Source: Diadema antillarum
Taxonomy: Eukaryota
NCBI RefSeq assembly: GCF_040938485.1
Contig: NW_027271795.1
Span: 1,612,001-1,676,000 of the forward strand
Reading direction: 5' to 3'
DNA length: 64,000 nt
Shown: positions 51,888 through 64,000 of the stretch, one piece after another
Numbering within the stretch: position 1 is the first letter of the stretch
Layout of the letters: every line of letters starts with the position of its first letter
Made by a program: the position numbers and the translations under genes
Notes under the pieces: generated by a model
The model's input: only the letters and a program-made list of their open reading frames with translations
Database searches by the model: none
What the model was told of the DNA's origin: nothing

Positions 51888-53935
51888 TGGGGAGGGGGAG
51901 ATCATAGTCATCAGGTTTAATAGGCACCCGTGGGAGTAGGTTCTCACGACCTCGTATTTTTTTTCTTTAATATTTTTCCCATGTTATGGAAGAAAGAAGA
52001 ATATATACATCACTGCATTCGTCTTCATTTGCTCCCTCTTTTTTTTGTCACCAAAACTTGGTTTGATAGACCATAGAACCACACATTCTATTTCCACTTG
52101 CAATTTTAAAAATAGGCGGTCTGCAAAGCGAGGTTTTCCTCTACGTCCGCTCATCTTATGAATATGTATGATTACAGCAGCTCTGCAGTAAACGAATGGA
52201 CACAGCTGCGCGTGTAATCTGATATGTAAGGGTACGATCGGCAAATATATTTAGCCGCGTCCTAAACAGTCTGCGTACAATGACACCGGACTTGAGAGCA
52301 AACGGCGAGCAAACTAAATGACGTACCTGAGCTGCATATAGTATTCTGCAGTTGTGCAAAATACAATTACATAACCAACGTTCGTTGTTTTCATTTGGGG
52401 ACGCCAATAATGGCGAACTGTACGTAAATGCCCTTGTAGTCCATATCACGCACACACAGATTCGTGTAACCATCGTCAATACATTCAGTACACGTAACAG
52501 GCGGAGGCAAAGGTACATCACAGAACTATATACACACAGTGTAGAGTGTGTATAGAGTTCTGCGAGGTACATTGTGTGTGTGCGTGCGCGTCCGCCGGAA
52601 GATGTCAGAGATTTCGCTGCACCATCATCTTTAGTATCCCACAGTGTCTCTGCAAGCTAAAAGATGGAAGATCGAGAAAGCAGGAGGCCAGCGCAGGTTC
52701 CGTGAATATTGAAACACTCGGCTCTTTCGTCACGCACAAAAATGCATTATGCATGTAGCTAATTAATTTTTCTTTTTCGTCCTCGACGTCGACACGGAGG
52801 CGGAGAGGGGACGAAACCCACACCATTCGATGTAGGATACTCTCCTGCGGCCGACGGCACCGGTCGCAACTGCCCGGAGCGGACGGCTCGGGAGGAGATA
52901 GAGAAACCAGCAACGCCGAAATAAAACAGGAAATACATAAGGCCGCGACAACAACAACAACTTCGAGTATTATAGTATAGGATTATTAAAATAGTCGGTA
53001 TTTGAGCAGCCTATGAGATTTCATTTCGTCGAGTCCAAAGACACGGTACAACAATGATACAAACTATCACTAAAGAAATTATCGAGAAGTAAACGTTTGT
53101 TTCGGATTACATTTGCTTGATGAATGGTAGATGGTCACAAGAAAGGTGAATCGTTAAAACAAACTGATTTCAGTTAGGTCACGATATGACTGCGTAAAGA
53201 CGTCGGTGAATGAAAACCGTGCACGAACGCCGTATATTGACCCTACGTAAGCTCTCGCCATTTGTACCAGACCGAATTAATACGAGTTGCTAGAATAGAC
53301 TACGATCATGAATCAAGCGTCGAGAGTTAATCGCATATGGCTCGATAAATTGGTTGATTGTCACTCGTACTGTATATAGGACCAATCAAAGTAACGCATG
53401 TTTATGGCCATCTGATACGTTAGCTGCGATTAGCATTAACCCAACTTGTCGTGTGTAACTTCTGATCTCGGTGAAAAATATCTCAAATAAATGAATAAAA
53501 AACAAGTCACGAAAATAGCCTCACCTCCTGAAACCCAATTCAGACAAAATACTGTAGATTGAATCACAGACTTACATAACAACGAACATGTTTGGTAATG
53601 ACTGCAGTGGCTTAAAATGAAATCCTCCTATTGCCGGAAGGATAAAGCTGAAATCAAATCTTGTCATAAGGATACAAATGTACTTTGGAAATACGTATAA
53701 ACAGAACTGATGTAACGAAATACTTGATATAATACACTCTGTGACCAAAATAAAACAAATTTCTCTTAACGTTGAAAACGTCAATAATGAATACAATAGA
53801 AGTTATACATTTTTCTTGTTTGAAGACAATAAGTAGATTTAAACAGTGCTTATTCTAAGACAAAAAATCATATGGCGAACCAAAATTTGACTCGGCTGGA
53901 CAAGAACACAATATGACATGAACAAAATATTCGGG

Positions 53936-55324
53936 TCATGACGACTTATTTTTGATTTTGAACCGACATGTGTCAAACATGAGCGTCATGTACTCGATAT
54001 CGAGGTTAGAAACGACTGTGTAATACCGGAAAAGTTTCGCCGCCTCCGTTTTGTCCCTGATCTGCGAATGCTCTGCGATGATGAGAATGAAATCATGATA
54101 TTCTTTCGGCACGACGCCGAGTTTTTGGAGACAAAGGCCCAAGAACACGTCCTCCCAGGGAAATAGGGGCGTGGTCGTTGCCTCTCGGAGCAGGCCCTCC
54201 ACTAGGTCCGTGGAGAGGATGTAGCCGGGGCCGTTGAGGTAAGGCGGGTATGTTGGAGCTGGGAAGTACTCCTCAGAGATGTAGTATTTGCTGCTGGTGT
54301 TGCGAAGTACCGGGGCGGCGATCAGGGCTTCTGCCGCGGTGAAGTTTCTCGTGGTCGCATTCTTCAGGAGCCTCAGAAACCGATTCTGGTGGATCATCGA
54401 GTCGTCGTCGATCTTCATCGTGAACGTGGCCTGTCGGCATCGGGAAGCCACCCACTTCAGGCCCATCACCGTCTTCAGCGTCAGGTTGGCGTAGCTGTCT
54501 ACGAAGTCCTCCTGCACGATGTCGCCGTGCGTTGCTGCTTCCTGGTCCAGCTGAGCTTGCAGTGACGGTTGGCTGACAGCACCCAGCAAGAACACCACCC
54601 GGAAGGTACCCCGGCTCAGAATTGGCCAGTTCCGTCTGTTGCCGTAAGTCTGGCGTATTAGGTTCCGACGTTCGATATTTGTAGGAGCCGTTGTGACCAT
54701 GAAGATGACGAGAACTTTGAGTCGCCTTCCGTCCCCTTTTGAACACACGTCTGGATTGTGGATGTATTTATAATTGTGAGGGTCTATTGGCTCGTCAACA
54801 TAATGCTCACTCTTTGGTATAGTTATTTCCTTGTTATATGTCAACATTAATTCAGCTATCTTCCCTTTCATATCATCTTGTGAATCAAATCCATCATTAC
54901 CTTTGATGTCCGTTTTAAGGTAATCCTTGCTTTCCTTCGACGAATCTGTGTCTTCTGTCGCACGATCTGGTTCTCTTCGAACAAAAGCGCGGTTCTCGTT
55001 ATCTAATATAATTTTCTCGTACTTCTCGAGTTTGGTAACGTCGAAATCTATGTCGTGCAGCGAGGCCCGTTTGTGCATCAGCCGCACTTTGTCGAAGATG
55101 TCCATCTTGGATTGGCGCACGCGACCAGCGCGTCTGTTGCGTCGTTGAATCCTCTCGAAGCCCCTGTCGATCCGCTCGTCGTCGGGCATATCAGGAAGGC
55201 CCCGGATTAAACCGGACTGGCTTCGGGAGAGTGCGGGCACGCTGCTCATTATCAACAAGGCATAGGTGCAGATTGCTCCCATAGCAAATGGTAAAATGAT
55301 GCGAATTAAACTGATGCGCGGCAT
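53936..55324 (-). CDS. Beta-1,3-galactosyltransferase (GT31 / Galactosyl_T family), single coding exon, 462 aa, type II membrane protein
   Basis: N-terminal hydrophobic anchor (IILPFAMGAICTYALLIM), a long stem, then GT31 motifs RRNLIRQTYG, FRVVFLLG, DIVQEDFVDSYANLTLKT, KIDDDS, YPPYLNGPGY and EDVFLG. The B3GALT1-like paralog cannot be identified by eye. Confidence 0.93.
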   Translation of the reverse strand: MPRISLIRIILPFAMGAICTYALLIMSSVPALSRSQSGLIRGLPDMPDDERIDRGFERIQRRNRRAGRVRQSKMDIFDKVRLMHKRASLHDIDFDVTKLEKYEKIILDNENRAFVRREPDRATEDTDSSKESKDYLKTDIKGNDGFDSQDDMKGKIAELMLTYNKEITIPKSEHYVDEPIDPHNYKYIHNPDVCSKGDGRRLKVLVIFMVTTAPTNIERRNLIRQTYGNRRNWPILSRGTFRVVFLLGAVSQPSLQAQLDQEAATHGDIVQEDFVDSYANLTLKTVMGLKWVASRCRQATFTMKIDDDSMIHQNRFLRLLKNATTRNFTAAEALIAAPVLRNTSSKYYISEEYFPAPTYPPYLNGPGYILSTDLVEGLLREATTTPLFPWEDVFLGLCLQKLGVVPKEYHDFILIIAEHSQIRDKTEAAKLFRYYTVVSNLDIEYMTLMFDTCRFKIKNKSS

Positions 55325-58300
55325 GACTGCACAACAACCTTTGCAATGTGTATCTCAGTCCAGTCAAGAGGGGGAAACTTCGCGATTTCTACCACCACTC
55401 CAATTTTTTGTTTCCCGCGCGGGGGGGGGGGGGGGGGGGCAAAAAATGACAATAAGAAGCTCCTGTATATAAAGTCTCGTACAAAACACTGCTGCAATGC
55501 AAGCTGGGCATTCATCAAACGACTTCCCACGACTGTGTGATATCTGTTACTTTTTTTCAGATTGTAGTCAATCTTACAACTCTATATGGTTTACACAAAG
55601 CCTGTTTTCACATGGTAGTGTGCGCTATACAATCTATTGTAGACAAACCGTGACGCCATTTTCTTATGTGCGTCGATTAGTTCACCTTCTGGAATGACTA
55701 CTGGCCGAACGACATTGATGTCCACGAGATGACGTGTGTGGCTTCATCCACTCATCTGTTTTCGCCGCCTCACAATTTGTGGGCTCTCATCGTAGCGGCT
55801 AAGAAGAGGATGCTGAGGAGATAAGAATAACAGAACCATGATCAGCAAAGTGCAAACGTCGGGATAAGTACGCCCTTAATAGATGCTATTTATTATAAGG
55901 CCTCCGAATCATATATATAGAAAGAGACCGGCACACTAAAGCCTCCACACTGAAAATCACTTGCATAGAAAATCATTCTTTAGTCATCCACAAACGACTC
56001 AATTCCGTCTTCACTTGATAGACCTCTATATCTTCTTTTACAGTCTTAGTTTACGGTGTTCCATTGCTTTTCACCCGAATGGAATCGAATAGATTGCAAA
56101 TATCACTTACCGCACCTTTTTAATTATATAATTTCATACATACATTATGTTTACACTGGTGTATCTGCATGTTTTTGCGAAATATCTTATTGTATAATTA
56201 TGATAATTACGTGCTTTTTATGTAGCGAATAAAGAGTATGATAATAATGATAACAAACGCCATGTTATTGTGCTTGTTATATCTGATAAAAAATCCTACT
56301 TCAGATTAAGAATGAAATACATGTGATATCGCAATGGGTGGTAGCCGATCGCGAAAATCTGTATTTTGCGTATTTCTGCGGGCACAATGAAAGGCATGTG
56401 CTATCAAGTTTATTCAAAACACTCGATTAGTGCTTGCATGTATACAGATTATTTGTTTTGTTGTTTTTATGTGGAAGTATAGGCCTGAGGTAAAATTCAC
56501 GGAACATAGACACTGACATTTCTTCAAAGGTGGTTACAATACCATTATTAGTTTGACGCATATACCTAATTTCTTCTCGACAAGATAAAACTATAGTATA
56601 GGCGTATTTGAACAAATAGGAGACATGTACAAACTGATTTTAACGTCGGTTATTATCTATTCATAACGCCATGCCATTGCTAATGTATAAGTTTCATTCC
56701 ATCATGTAAGCTAAATCTTCTATCATGAGTGATACCTGTCTACTTGTCCCTGCTTTGGAAATCGTCAAATAAAATGTTACTTTAAAAAAAAAAATCCTGT
56801 TTTGATGTATCATGCACGGAAGCATGTTATTTTACAGGGTGATAGAAGGCACTTAAACAGTGGTCCTGAAATGATAACGTAAAAGTGGCAAAGTACGACA
56901 ATGAGAAAATAAATTTCGTTTCGCAACTAACTTCTGCTAAAGTTAATGCCTTCTCTGTTATATCTTATCTTTCCATGTCTTATTTTTCGACATCATATTG
57001 ATAGCTTGCACCAATTCTGACGAGTTCTTATTAGTTAATACAATATCATCTTCATTTGGACAGGTACTTCGTCTTACGAAAAGGTTTCAAATGCCATATG
57101 AGCCGTAAGCTTTGCTTTTGTTTTTTTTTTTTCTTTCTTTAATTTCCTTTGCTTTTCTTATGACAGTTAAAAAAGAGGGTTATTTGTTTTCAATCTCTAT
57201 TACATCACGCTTATTCTTCCAGATTCTTGGCTATCGCATTTTCATTTTCCTAAATTCTTCAGTTAAAATGATTTGAAAAGAAAATACGCCATACTAATTA
57301 CGAATGAAAAACTGCTGTGCTACTTACAATGCGGCATATTTTCTAGTTGCATTTTCATTAGCTTTAATTACACCTCAACATGCAATTTGTAATCTAAGCC
57401 CCCTCCCCCCCCCCCCCCCCCCCCACTCAGGTCTCTGTACCACAGGCGTGTTCCCAAACTTTCGGAGAAAGGGGCATATTTCAGGGGCTCAAGTCAGGGG
57501 GGAAATCGTTGAAATTGGGGGTATTTTAGAATTTTTCCCGAAATCATTTGGGACTAGGGATGATTTTCAATTTTTTTCCTAGTTCAGACTGAAATTGGGT
57601 TCAAAATAGGATAAGTTTCAAACCCCAGGAAAGAATCCGAAATAGGGGTAGTGGGGCTTCCTGGTGTTTGCAGGATCTCTATAATGCTTATACTGATGTA
57701 CATGTCTTGCTGCAGAGCATGCCATGCCGGCTTACTCTTCCCAAGACATTTCGCCAAACGCACTACACGTACGTTAAATATGCTTCTTTGCTAGCTTCCC
57801 TTCCAAAAAACTCAATAGAGGTTCATTTTGTTGGCTTCCCTTCCGCAAATCCGTGATAGGAGGTCAAAACCATAACCACTTCCCATCCTTCAAGGGGACA
57901 TCACTGAGAATCTGGAACAAGTACATTGCTGTGTATGGTTGACCGCCTGACTATAGCAAGGATCATCAAAAATGTTTCGTATTAAGAGAAATCGGCGAGT
58001 GTAGGTATAACAAGCATAAAATCCATCGAGACGTGCGCGTTCTAATGTAAGCCCTATATACTGTATGCCGACTTTCGTCTTTTCATTAGCACGTCGAGGC
58101 AAGGTTGCGGTGTGGTGTTGTTCTGCTCGGTACATTTAAATTGAGGTCGTTTCCTCGTCTTCGTAAGGATGCAAACACGAATACGTCCTTGCTGGTTGGA
58201 TGGGTTGCCTGGTATACTCTATGAGCAGACGCACGATTTGAAAATTTCTCGGATGGAACCCTATATACTGGTCCAGATCTAAAGGCACACTATGTCTGAA

Positions 58301-58826
58301 AATTGAAATGTTTCACCTATGTTGCAATATTCGATTCTTTTGGTGTATACAATTTCCATGCTGCGGACTCGTGTTTATTCGGATTTATTGTAATGAGAGG
58401 GGGGGGGGGGCATCACGCGATAATATGCTTTGCCAATCAATTGCTCCAAAACTGTGGAATATGTGCCTGACACAAGATTTGAGTACTTAAGTTGCGATTT
58501 TTTGGAAATTAGACTTGCGCTGCAACATCCACTTTAAACCATTATAAAGAACGAAGATATGGAACATGGTTTGTTAAGTGTTAATCAAACGGCCCTCGAT
58601 CTCTCCAAAGAATACAATTCGAAGGCATCCAGCTGGGCCTGGTGGAAACATCATGATTCATATACGTACAAAGGAATGATCCGGACTTACTTCAGATTGC
58701 TGAATACGGTATATAGGCCACAGTGGGATGCCATCGTCATAGACACTGGTAAAAAAACTTCCTGTTTCTGGTTTTTCTCTGTGTTTTTGTTTTTCTTTTA
58801 TGTGTGTGTTTTGCTTGTGTTTTGTT

Positions 58827-58863
<37 letters not shown>

Positions 58864-58961
58864 GTTCTTTGGGGTTTGCATCGGATATCTTTGGATTTGT
58901 GCATAGCTGAGGACAGACTTTCAGGGGCGAGGAGGGAGACCATAAGCCTACACATGCCAAC

Positions 58962-59045
58962 GCGGACTAGAAATAAGTCACCCACAGAATGCGGACTAGA
59001 AATAAGTCACCCACAGAATGCGGACTAGAAATAAGTCACCCACAG
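58962..59045. repeat. 29-bp minisatellite x2.9
   Basis: GCGGACTAGAAATAAGTCACCCACAGAAT repeats head-to-tail at 58962, 58991 and 59020 with no spacers. Confidence 0.95.
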
Positions 59046-62000
59046 CCTGTAAATATAACCGTAAAACGCACAATCCGATTTATTAAGTTCAATTAAACTG
59101 ACTTCAATGACCTTTATTTCCAGCAAACAATACGCATATTAAGTAGAATTAACGTTAAGCGAGTGCCATTACTTCCTCCGCCTCCGAAATCACACAAATG
59201 TATTGAATTCTAACTTGCATCAGTGACTCGTTAGACAACGATTATACCCTCCTATGACTAATCGTTTCCTCATTAGATTTGCTAGATCCATTCAAAACAC
59301 GAAATAATTCAACTGCACACGTCATGGTGTTGCTGATCCAACAAGCAGGTGATAAATGGGCATTCCGAAAGAAAACAGCATCATCATGTCTGCGCATATC
59401 GGGCTTTTAGGATGGCTTATACCTTTTACGAAAATATATAGTCCATCTTACATCAAGACTGTTGGAGAGGTATTGTATAAAATGTCCATTATCTCTCGTG
59501 AATCGATAAAGAAATTCGTCGCCTCCCAACGCCCGGCCACCCACACACTTGGCAGTGAGAGACTCGAGTACTATTAGTCATTGTTAAAGGAGGCAGGACA
59601 CCAGAGCGGAACAAAAGATCTTCTCTAGAATGGCAAATAGAAGGGGAACGTAGCTGTCCCTCTGCTCTTATATTATAATAGCATCCTCCACGGCAGCAAG
59701 CCGGATTGGTTCATGACCATGTAGGCCCTACAGGCAGTAGTTCAATGAAGAAAATGACAAATGCCAGGAAAAATTTCCCAACACTTCTTAACAAACTGTG
59801 GTTATCTCTAGGGATGTTCTCCGTGCGGGATTCGTATATATAACATGGAAAAGATTATGATCCAAGATATACTGATATATGTAAGTGAGAAATCGCATCG
59901 GGAAAATTGACGTTTTATTGACAAAGGAAGAACTGGATTAACAGAACCTGCCGGCAATACCAGTGAAGTGTGTAGGGAAAAACGGATAAATTAGTTCATG
60001 TTCTCTTGTAAGTAAATTTTATATAAATTAATATTTTACTTTGAATTTGGTAAAACAAGGGATTCTAATGAGAAGCCATACTTACTCCCACAAATAGAGT
60101 GAGTGAAACAGCCCGATTATGACCCTAAAAATATAGGAACACAATCACTTTAGAATTCTATATTATAACTCCAGGTAAGAGTTTTTTATTCTACCTTCAC
60201 AAGATTAACGGAAATAATGATACGTGGCTGAAAATTATATTTCCAGCCATAGGTAATGTTTACTGACTATTCACCAGATCATGTAGGCCTATACCCACTG
60301 GACTTTATCAGGAGTGATAAAGGAAGAAACATGTGGAGATACGTAGTAATGTTTCGGACGATGACAATACAGTTAAGGAGTAACAAGGGTTCGTTGTCGT
60401 TGGTGTGTGTGTGTGTGTATGCGTGCATGTGTTTGTGTTAAACCTGTAATAGATGTACCTTTCTTTAATAGAGCACCCATTTTCAATGATGGCAACTACG
60501 CCGAAGATGGTCATCTTGTTCATTCCACGCCCCCCCCCCCCACACACACACACACATACACGCACGTTGTAAAGATTGAATTTAGCCAAAATTAAGACAT
60601 TGTTGGGTCATGATAGTAACATTAACGATCTAGCTGCCTAGCGAACCAAAAGGTACTCACCACTTCGCGCTGAAGTCCAAAGGATACTTTTAACGAACCA
60701 ATCCTAACACCTGCCCACTTGTGTCTGCCTGCGAAGGGTGTTTGACCGCAGCAAGATGTATAAGGATGTGAGGTCACGTAGATCTAGTCTAGATAGGAAA
60801 ATATCCGAGGACCACGACGAAAAATTACGACGGAGATAAGGAAATATCAGTGAAACTAATTAATTCCCGGGAATTCATTCCGCCGTCCCTAATTGCACTC
60901 ATTGCACACCGCTTGCTCTCGTGTAGCTTTGTGTTGGCGGAAACACAACTTAACATGCCACCAGTCAGTACCAGAATGATGGCTGGAGGAGTTGGGCAGC
61001 ACACCGACTGAGAACAACCCAGTGATGTAAAAAGAGTGTATTGTGTGGAAAGCGCGCGCAACAAAAGATCCCGCGAGATCTGACGGGGGACGCCCATTAG
61101 CCACCCGTGAATTAAGCATCTGTGAATAAGTTCCTTAGCTTCTTTCTACATTTCAGAGAACAATTCCTCTCTTAAGAAACGCTGATTCTCTAACATGTGA
61201 GATCGATGCATACCTAGCGCCTATGGAAGAAAGCGATTACAGCTGAAGAAAATGAATAAAAATACTAAAAGCGTCTATGTGCGTTAAAGGGTCTATAGTG
61301 ATGTAAATGGATGTTGCCTTTTATTGATTCATAATAACTTGATCATCACTTATAATGTGGCCAAATAGATATCTAAGTACGTGCCAGGTATTTATAACAA
61401 TTTTTCAAATAATCTTCTTCTGATTACTTCGATATGCCTACAAAAAACTTCCAAGACAAGATTTTGTCACGTTATCATTGGTCAATCAATGCTAAATTAT
61501 ACCAATATGATTAAAAAAGTATGTTTTCCCCTAGACTGATCATTACTAACTTGCATGTTTTACTGCAATATCTTTTGTTGGTTATAATCATATTATTAGC
61601 AACGTAGTCTTTGGAAAGGGACATCCATATGTCTTTCGTTAATCATATTAGTACTTAGTCAATGATTGACAGATGATGTCATGTACAGGATCTTGGACTA
61701 CATGGTTTATTTTTGTTGGATAATCTAAGTAATCGGAAAAAAATAAATACATTAAAGATTTATGTATAATGAAATACATGGCATGCATTTAGGTGTTCAT
61801 TTGGCCACATAAGTGATGATCAGGGTACCATGAATCAACACAAGTCCACAAGCATTTGCATTGCATATTGACAGTTACTTTAAGCTGAAGATCTGAGAGT
61901 GAGTGCGAGTGTGTGTGTGTGTATGTATGTGTGTCTGTGTGTTGCGGAACAAAAACGCTTTCTTTCCCTTTTCTTTCTTTCTAGTTATTGTTACATGTAA

Positions 62001-62069
62001 AGAATTGGAAACTCCCCCAAAACAAACAAACAAACAAACAAACAAACAAGCAACAACAGCAACAACACT

Positions 62070-63175
62070 TGACATATTGCACTTCAAGTTTCTTTATTCA
62101 CAAAAGGAAAGTCGATATGAAAAACAAATACATACATCAACATTAGAATACAATTACAAACATATCAATTAAGCAGTGTAAAAAGGAATGATACGGTAGG
62201 CAGCAGCCAGAAAGAGAATGTCCCTTATATTCGGCTGACCTAAAAATATTCATTAAATTTCTGTTACGAATGTGTTCGAAGCAAGCAAAACATAAGAACA
62301 GGACAAGACAAAGACAAAACAATCAAAACATACAATGGCAAATAACAGAATACATGATGTCTCATAACATAAGGGATAAGAAATGATACTCTTGACTTCA
62401 ATGAGTTTGGGTGTAATTATTGAATGTTTTTATATAACCAGATTTGAATATATTCGAATATTTGAACATATTGCACAGGGGAGAGAATTCTACAGAGTAG
62501 GACCACTGTAAAATGATAGATCGTTGATAAGAAAAAGTACGAGATAAAGGTAGGTGAAAATCACTCGCGGATCGCGCATTATGAATTTGATTATTGTATG
62601 TGAAGAAATCTAAGAGACTATTTGGTAATAAAAGATTCTTACATAAAAACATAAACATTCCCACTTGATATTTATACATATCATTCAATCGCAATATTTT
62701 CAGGGATGAAAAAAAGTGGTGGGGTACGGGTAAGATAAGAGGCACGTTGTTGAAGTGTACTTAATGTCTAAATATGATATTCATGAGCATTACCCCAAAC
62801 AGTTATTCCATAATACAAATAAGGTAAATTTATAGCATTATGAATTAATTTCAAACCAGACTTCGGGAGAAAACCAAGCTTTTACAATTACACCAATATT
62901 TTTTGATGATTTATTACAAAAAAAAATATGATTTGACCAATTCAATTTATTGTCTACAAAAACTTCCAGAAATTTCAGTGAAATATTCTGCGTGATTTGA
63001 GAACCACACATGTTGATAGACACAGTGTCAATGCTACATTTTTTCTTTGTAAATATCATAAAATTAGTTTTTGATATATTAATCAATAATTCATTCATTC
63101 GTAGCCAACTCAGTTGTGACATATTGCAATTCCTTATTAAAAACCTCTTGTAAAGAATCAATATCATCATGAGAC
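62070..63175 (-). mobile_element. Degenerate CR1/L2-group LINE fragment (RT C-terminal region and 3' UTR)
   Basis: Broken minus-strand frames WLRMNELLINISKTNFMIF, LKFLEVFVDNKLNWSNHI and FSSLKILRLNDMYKYQVGMFMF are typical of the RT thumb/C-terminal region of these LINEs. Boundaries are approximate. Confidence 0.8.
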
Positions 63176-64000
63176 AAAAATATGCTTATGTCATGGGCAA
63201 ATAAAGTGCATTGTTAAATATTAGAAACATTTGGTAAATCGTTTGTATACAAAAGAAATTACAATAGGCCCGAAAAGCGTTTTCTCTTCTTTTTTTCTTT
63301 ATAAAAGGGATATCATTTGTAATAAGAGGATAGGTACATAGGTTCATTGGTAGATTATGTAGATTGATTACAAGAGAAATAATATGAACGGAAAGTAAAA
63401 CATACTCGTGTGCTCGTGTGTCTTGCGGAGTATAATGTGCGCGAGACAATAAGTGTTAAAGAAACACGGAATGATTTGAAAAAAGGCAATCTCTCACTTG
63501 CTAAGAATGATAGTCAATTACAAGTGTTGTTGTGCGCAGTGCCCTTCTTGCGATGTGGACGTATTAAATGTTCCCACCACATTGTAAGCTGAAACATCAT
63601 GTTCGGCGTCTATTGCAACTAATCTATTTGCAACTTGAAATAAGTTAAGGCGATTGTTATGCCTCCACTCTTTCGCACTTTTCTCACAAGAGGTCTTCAG
63701 AATATCTTGGCAACGTGAGACAATGGTTTCAGGATTAGCAAATGATAACTATCTGCATGTATTCACCAATTTTCATGAAAATATTTTGAACAATTTTTCG
63801 AAATATAGACAAAGGCAGTGAACTTGCAGCATTTTCTCTTAACGTTTGATCACATGGCTCAAATGTTTCCTTACATAATCATTATTCAGAATATGCAAGT
63901 TTAATAGTGTACACATTGAATAATTTCTAAGGTACACCTCTGTACGGAGAAAATAGTGTTACTTTACCTTACATGCCTTACGAAGTATATTTTTCGCATT

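Noticed and set aside
54273-55148. Additional ORFs overlapping the galactosyltransferase
   Set aside because: They are alternative-frame or antisense shadows of the real CDS.
58962-59045. 29-bp repeats as a CRISPR array
   Set aside because: The units are head-to-tail with no spacers, the context is eukaryotic, and there are no cas genes.

Overview
Eukaryotic, intron-rich animal DNA with two assembly gaps (N at 21792-21998 and 43395-43531). The repeat families and gene set suggest an invertebrate deuterostome such as an echinoderm; this is an inference. Four conserved genes were reconstructed by hand from GT-AG splice sites and reading-frame phase. (1) The 3' part of unc-13/Munc13 (+, last 15 coding exons, 231-15861; MUN domain and C2C). 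(2) SDHAF4 (-, 2 exons). (3) SKA1 (+, 6 coding exons). (4) A single-coding-exon GT31 beta-1,3-galactosyltransferase (-). The most unusual locus lies between the convergent 3' ends of unc-13 and SDHAF4: an intronless nanos-type double-CCHC zinc-finger ORF whose last Cys is replaced by Tyr, directly behind a decayed LINE-ORF1-like sequence whose 3' part is in the same reading frame. The rest is introns and intergenic DNA with many non-autonomous elements (TA-flanked MITEs, a Harbinger-like MITE, hAT-like elements with 5-bp TSDs, a 4-bp-TSD element, HINE-like elements), two LINE RT fragments, a perfect 100-bp inverted repeat, and micro/minisatellites. There is no sign of rRNA, tRNA, CRISPR or prokaryotic systems. 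All family assignments come from recalled motif knowledge; no database searches were run.
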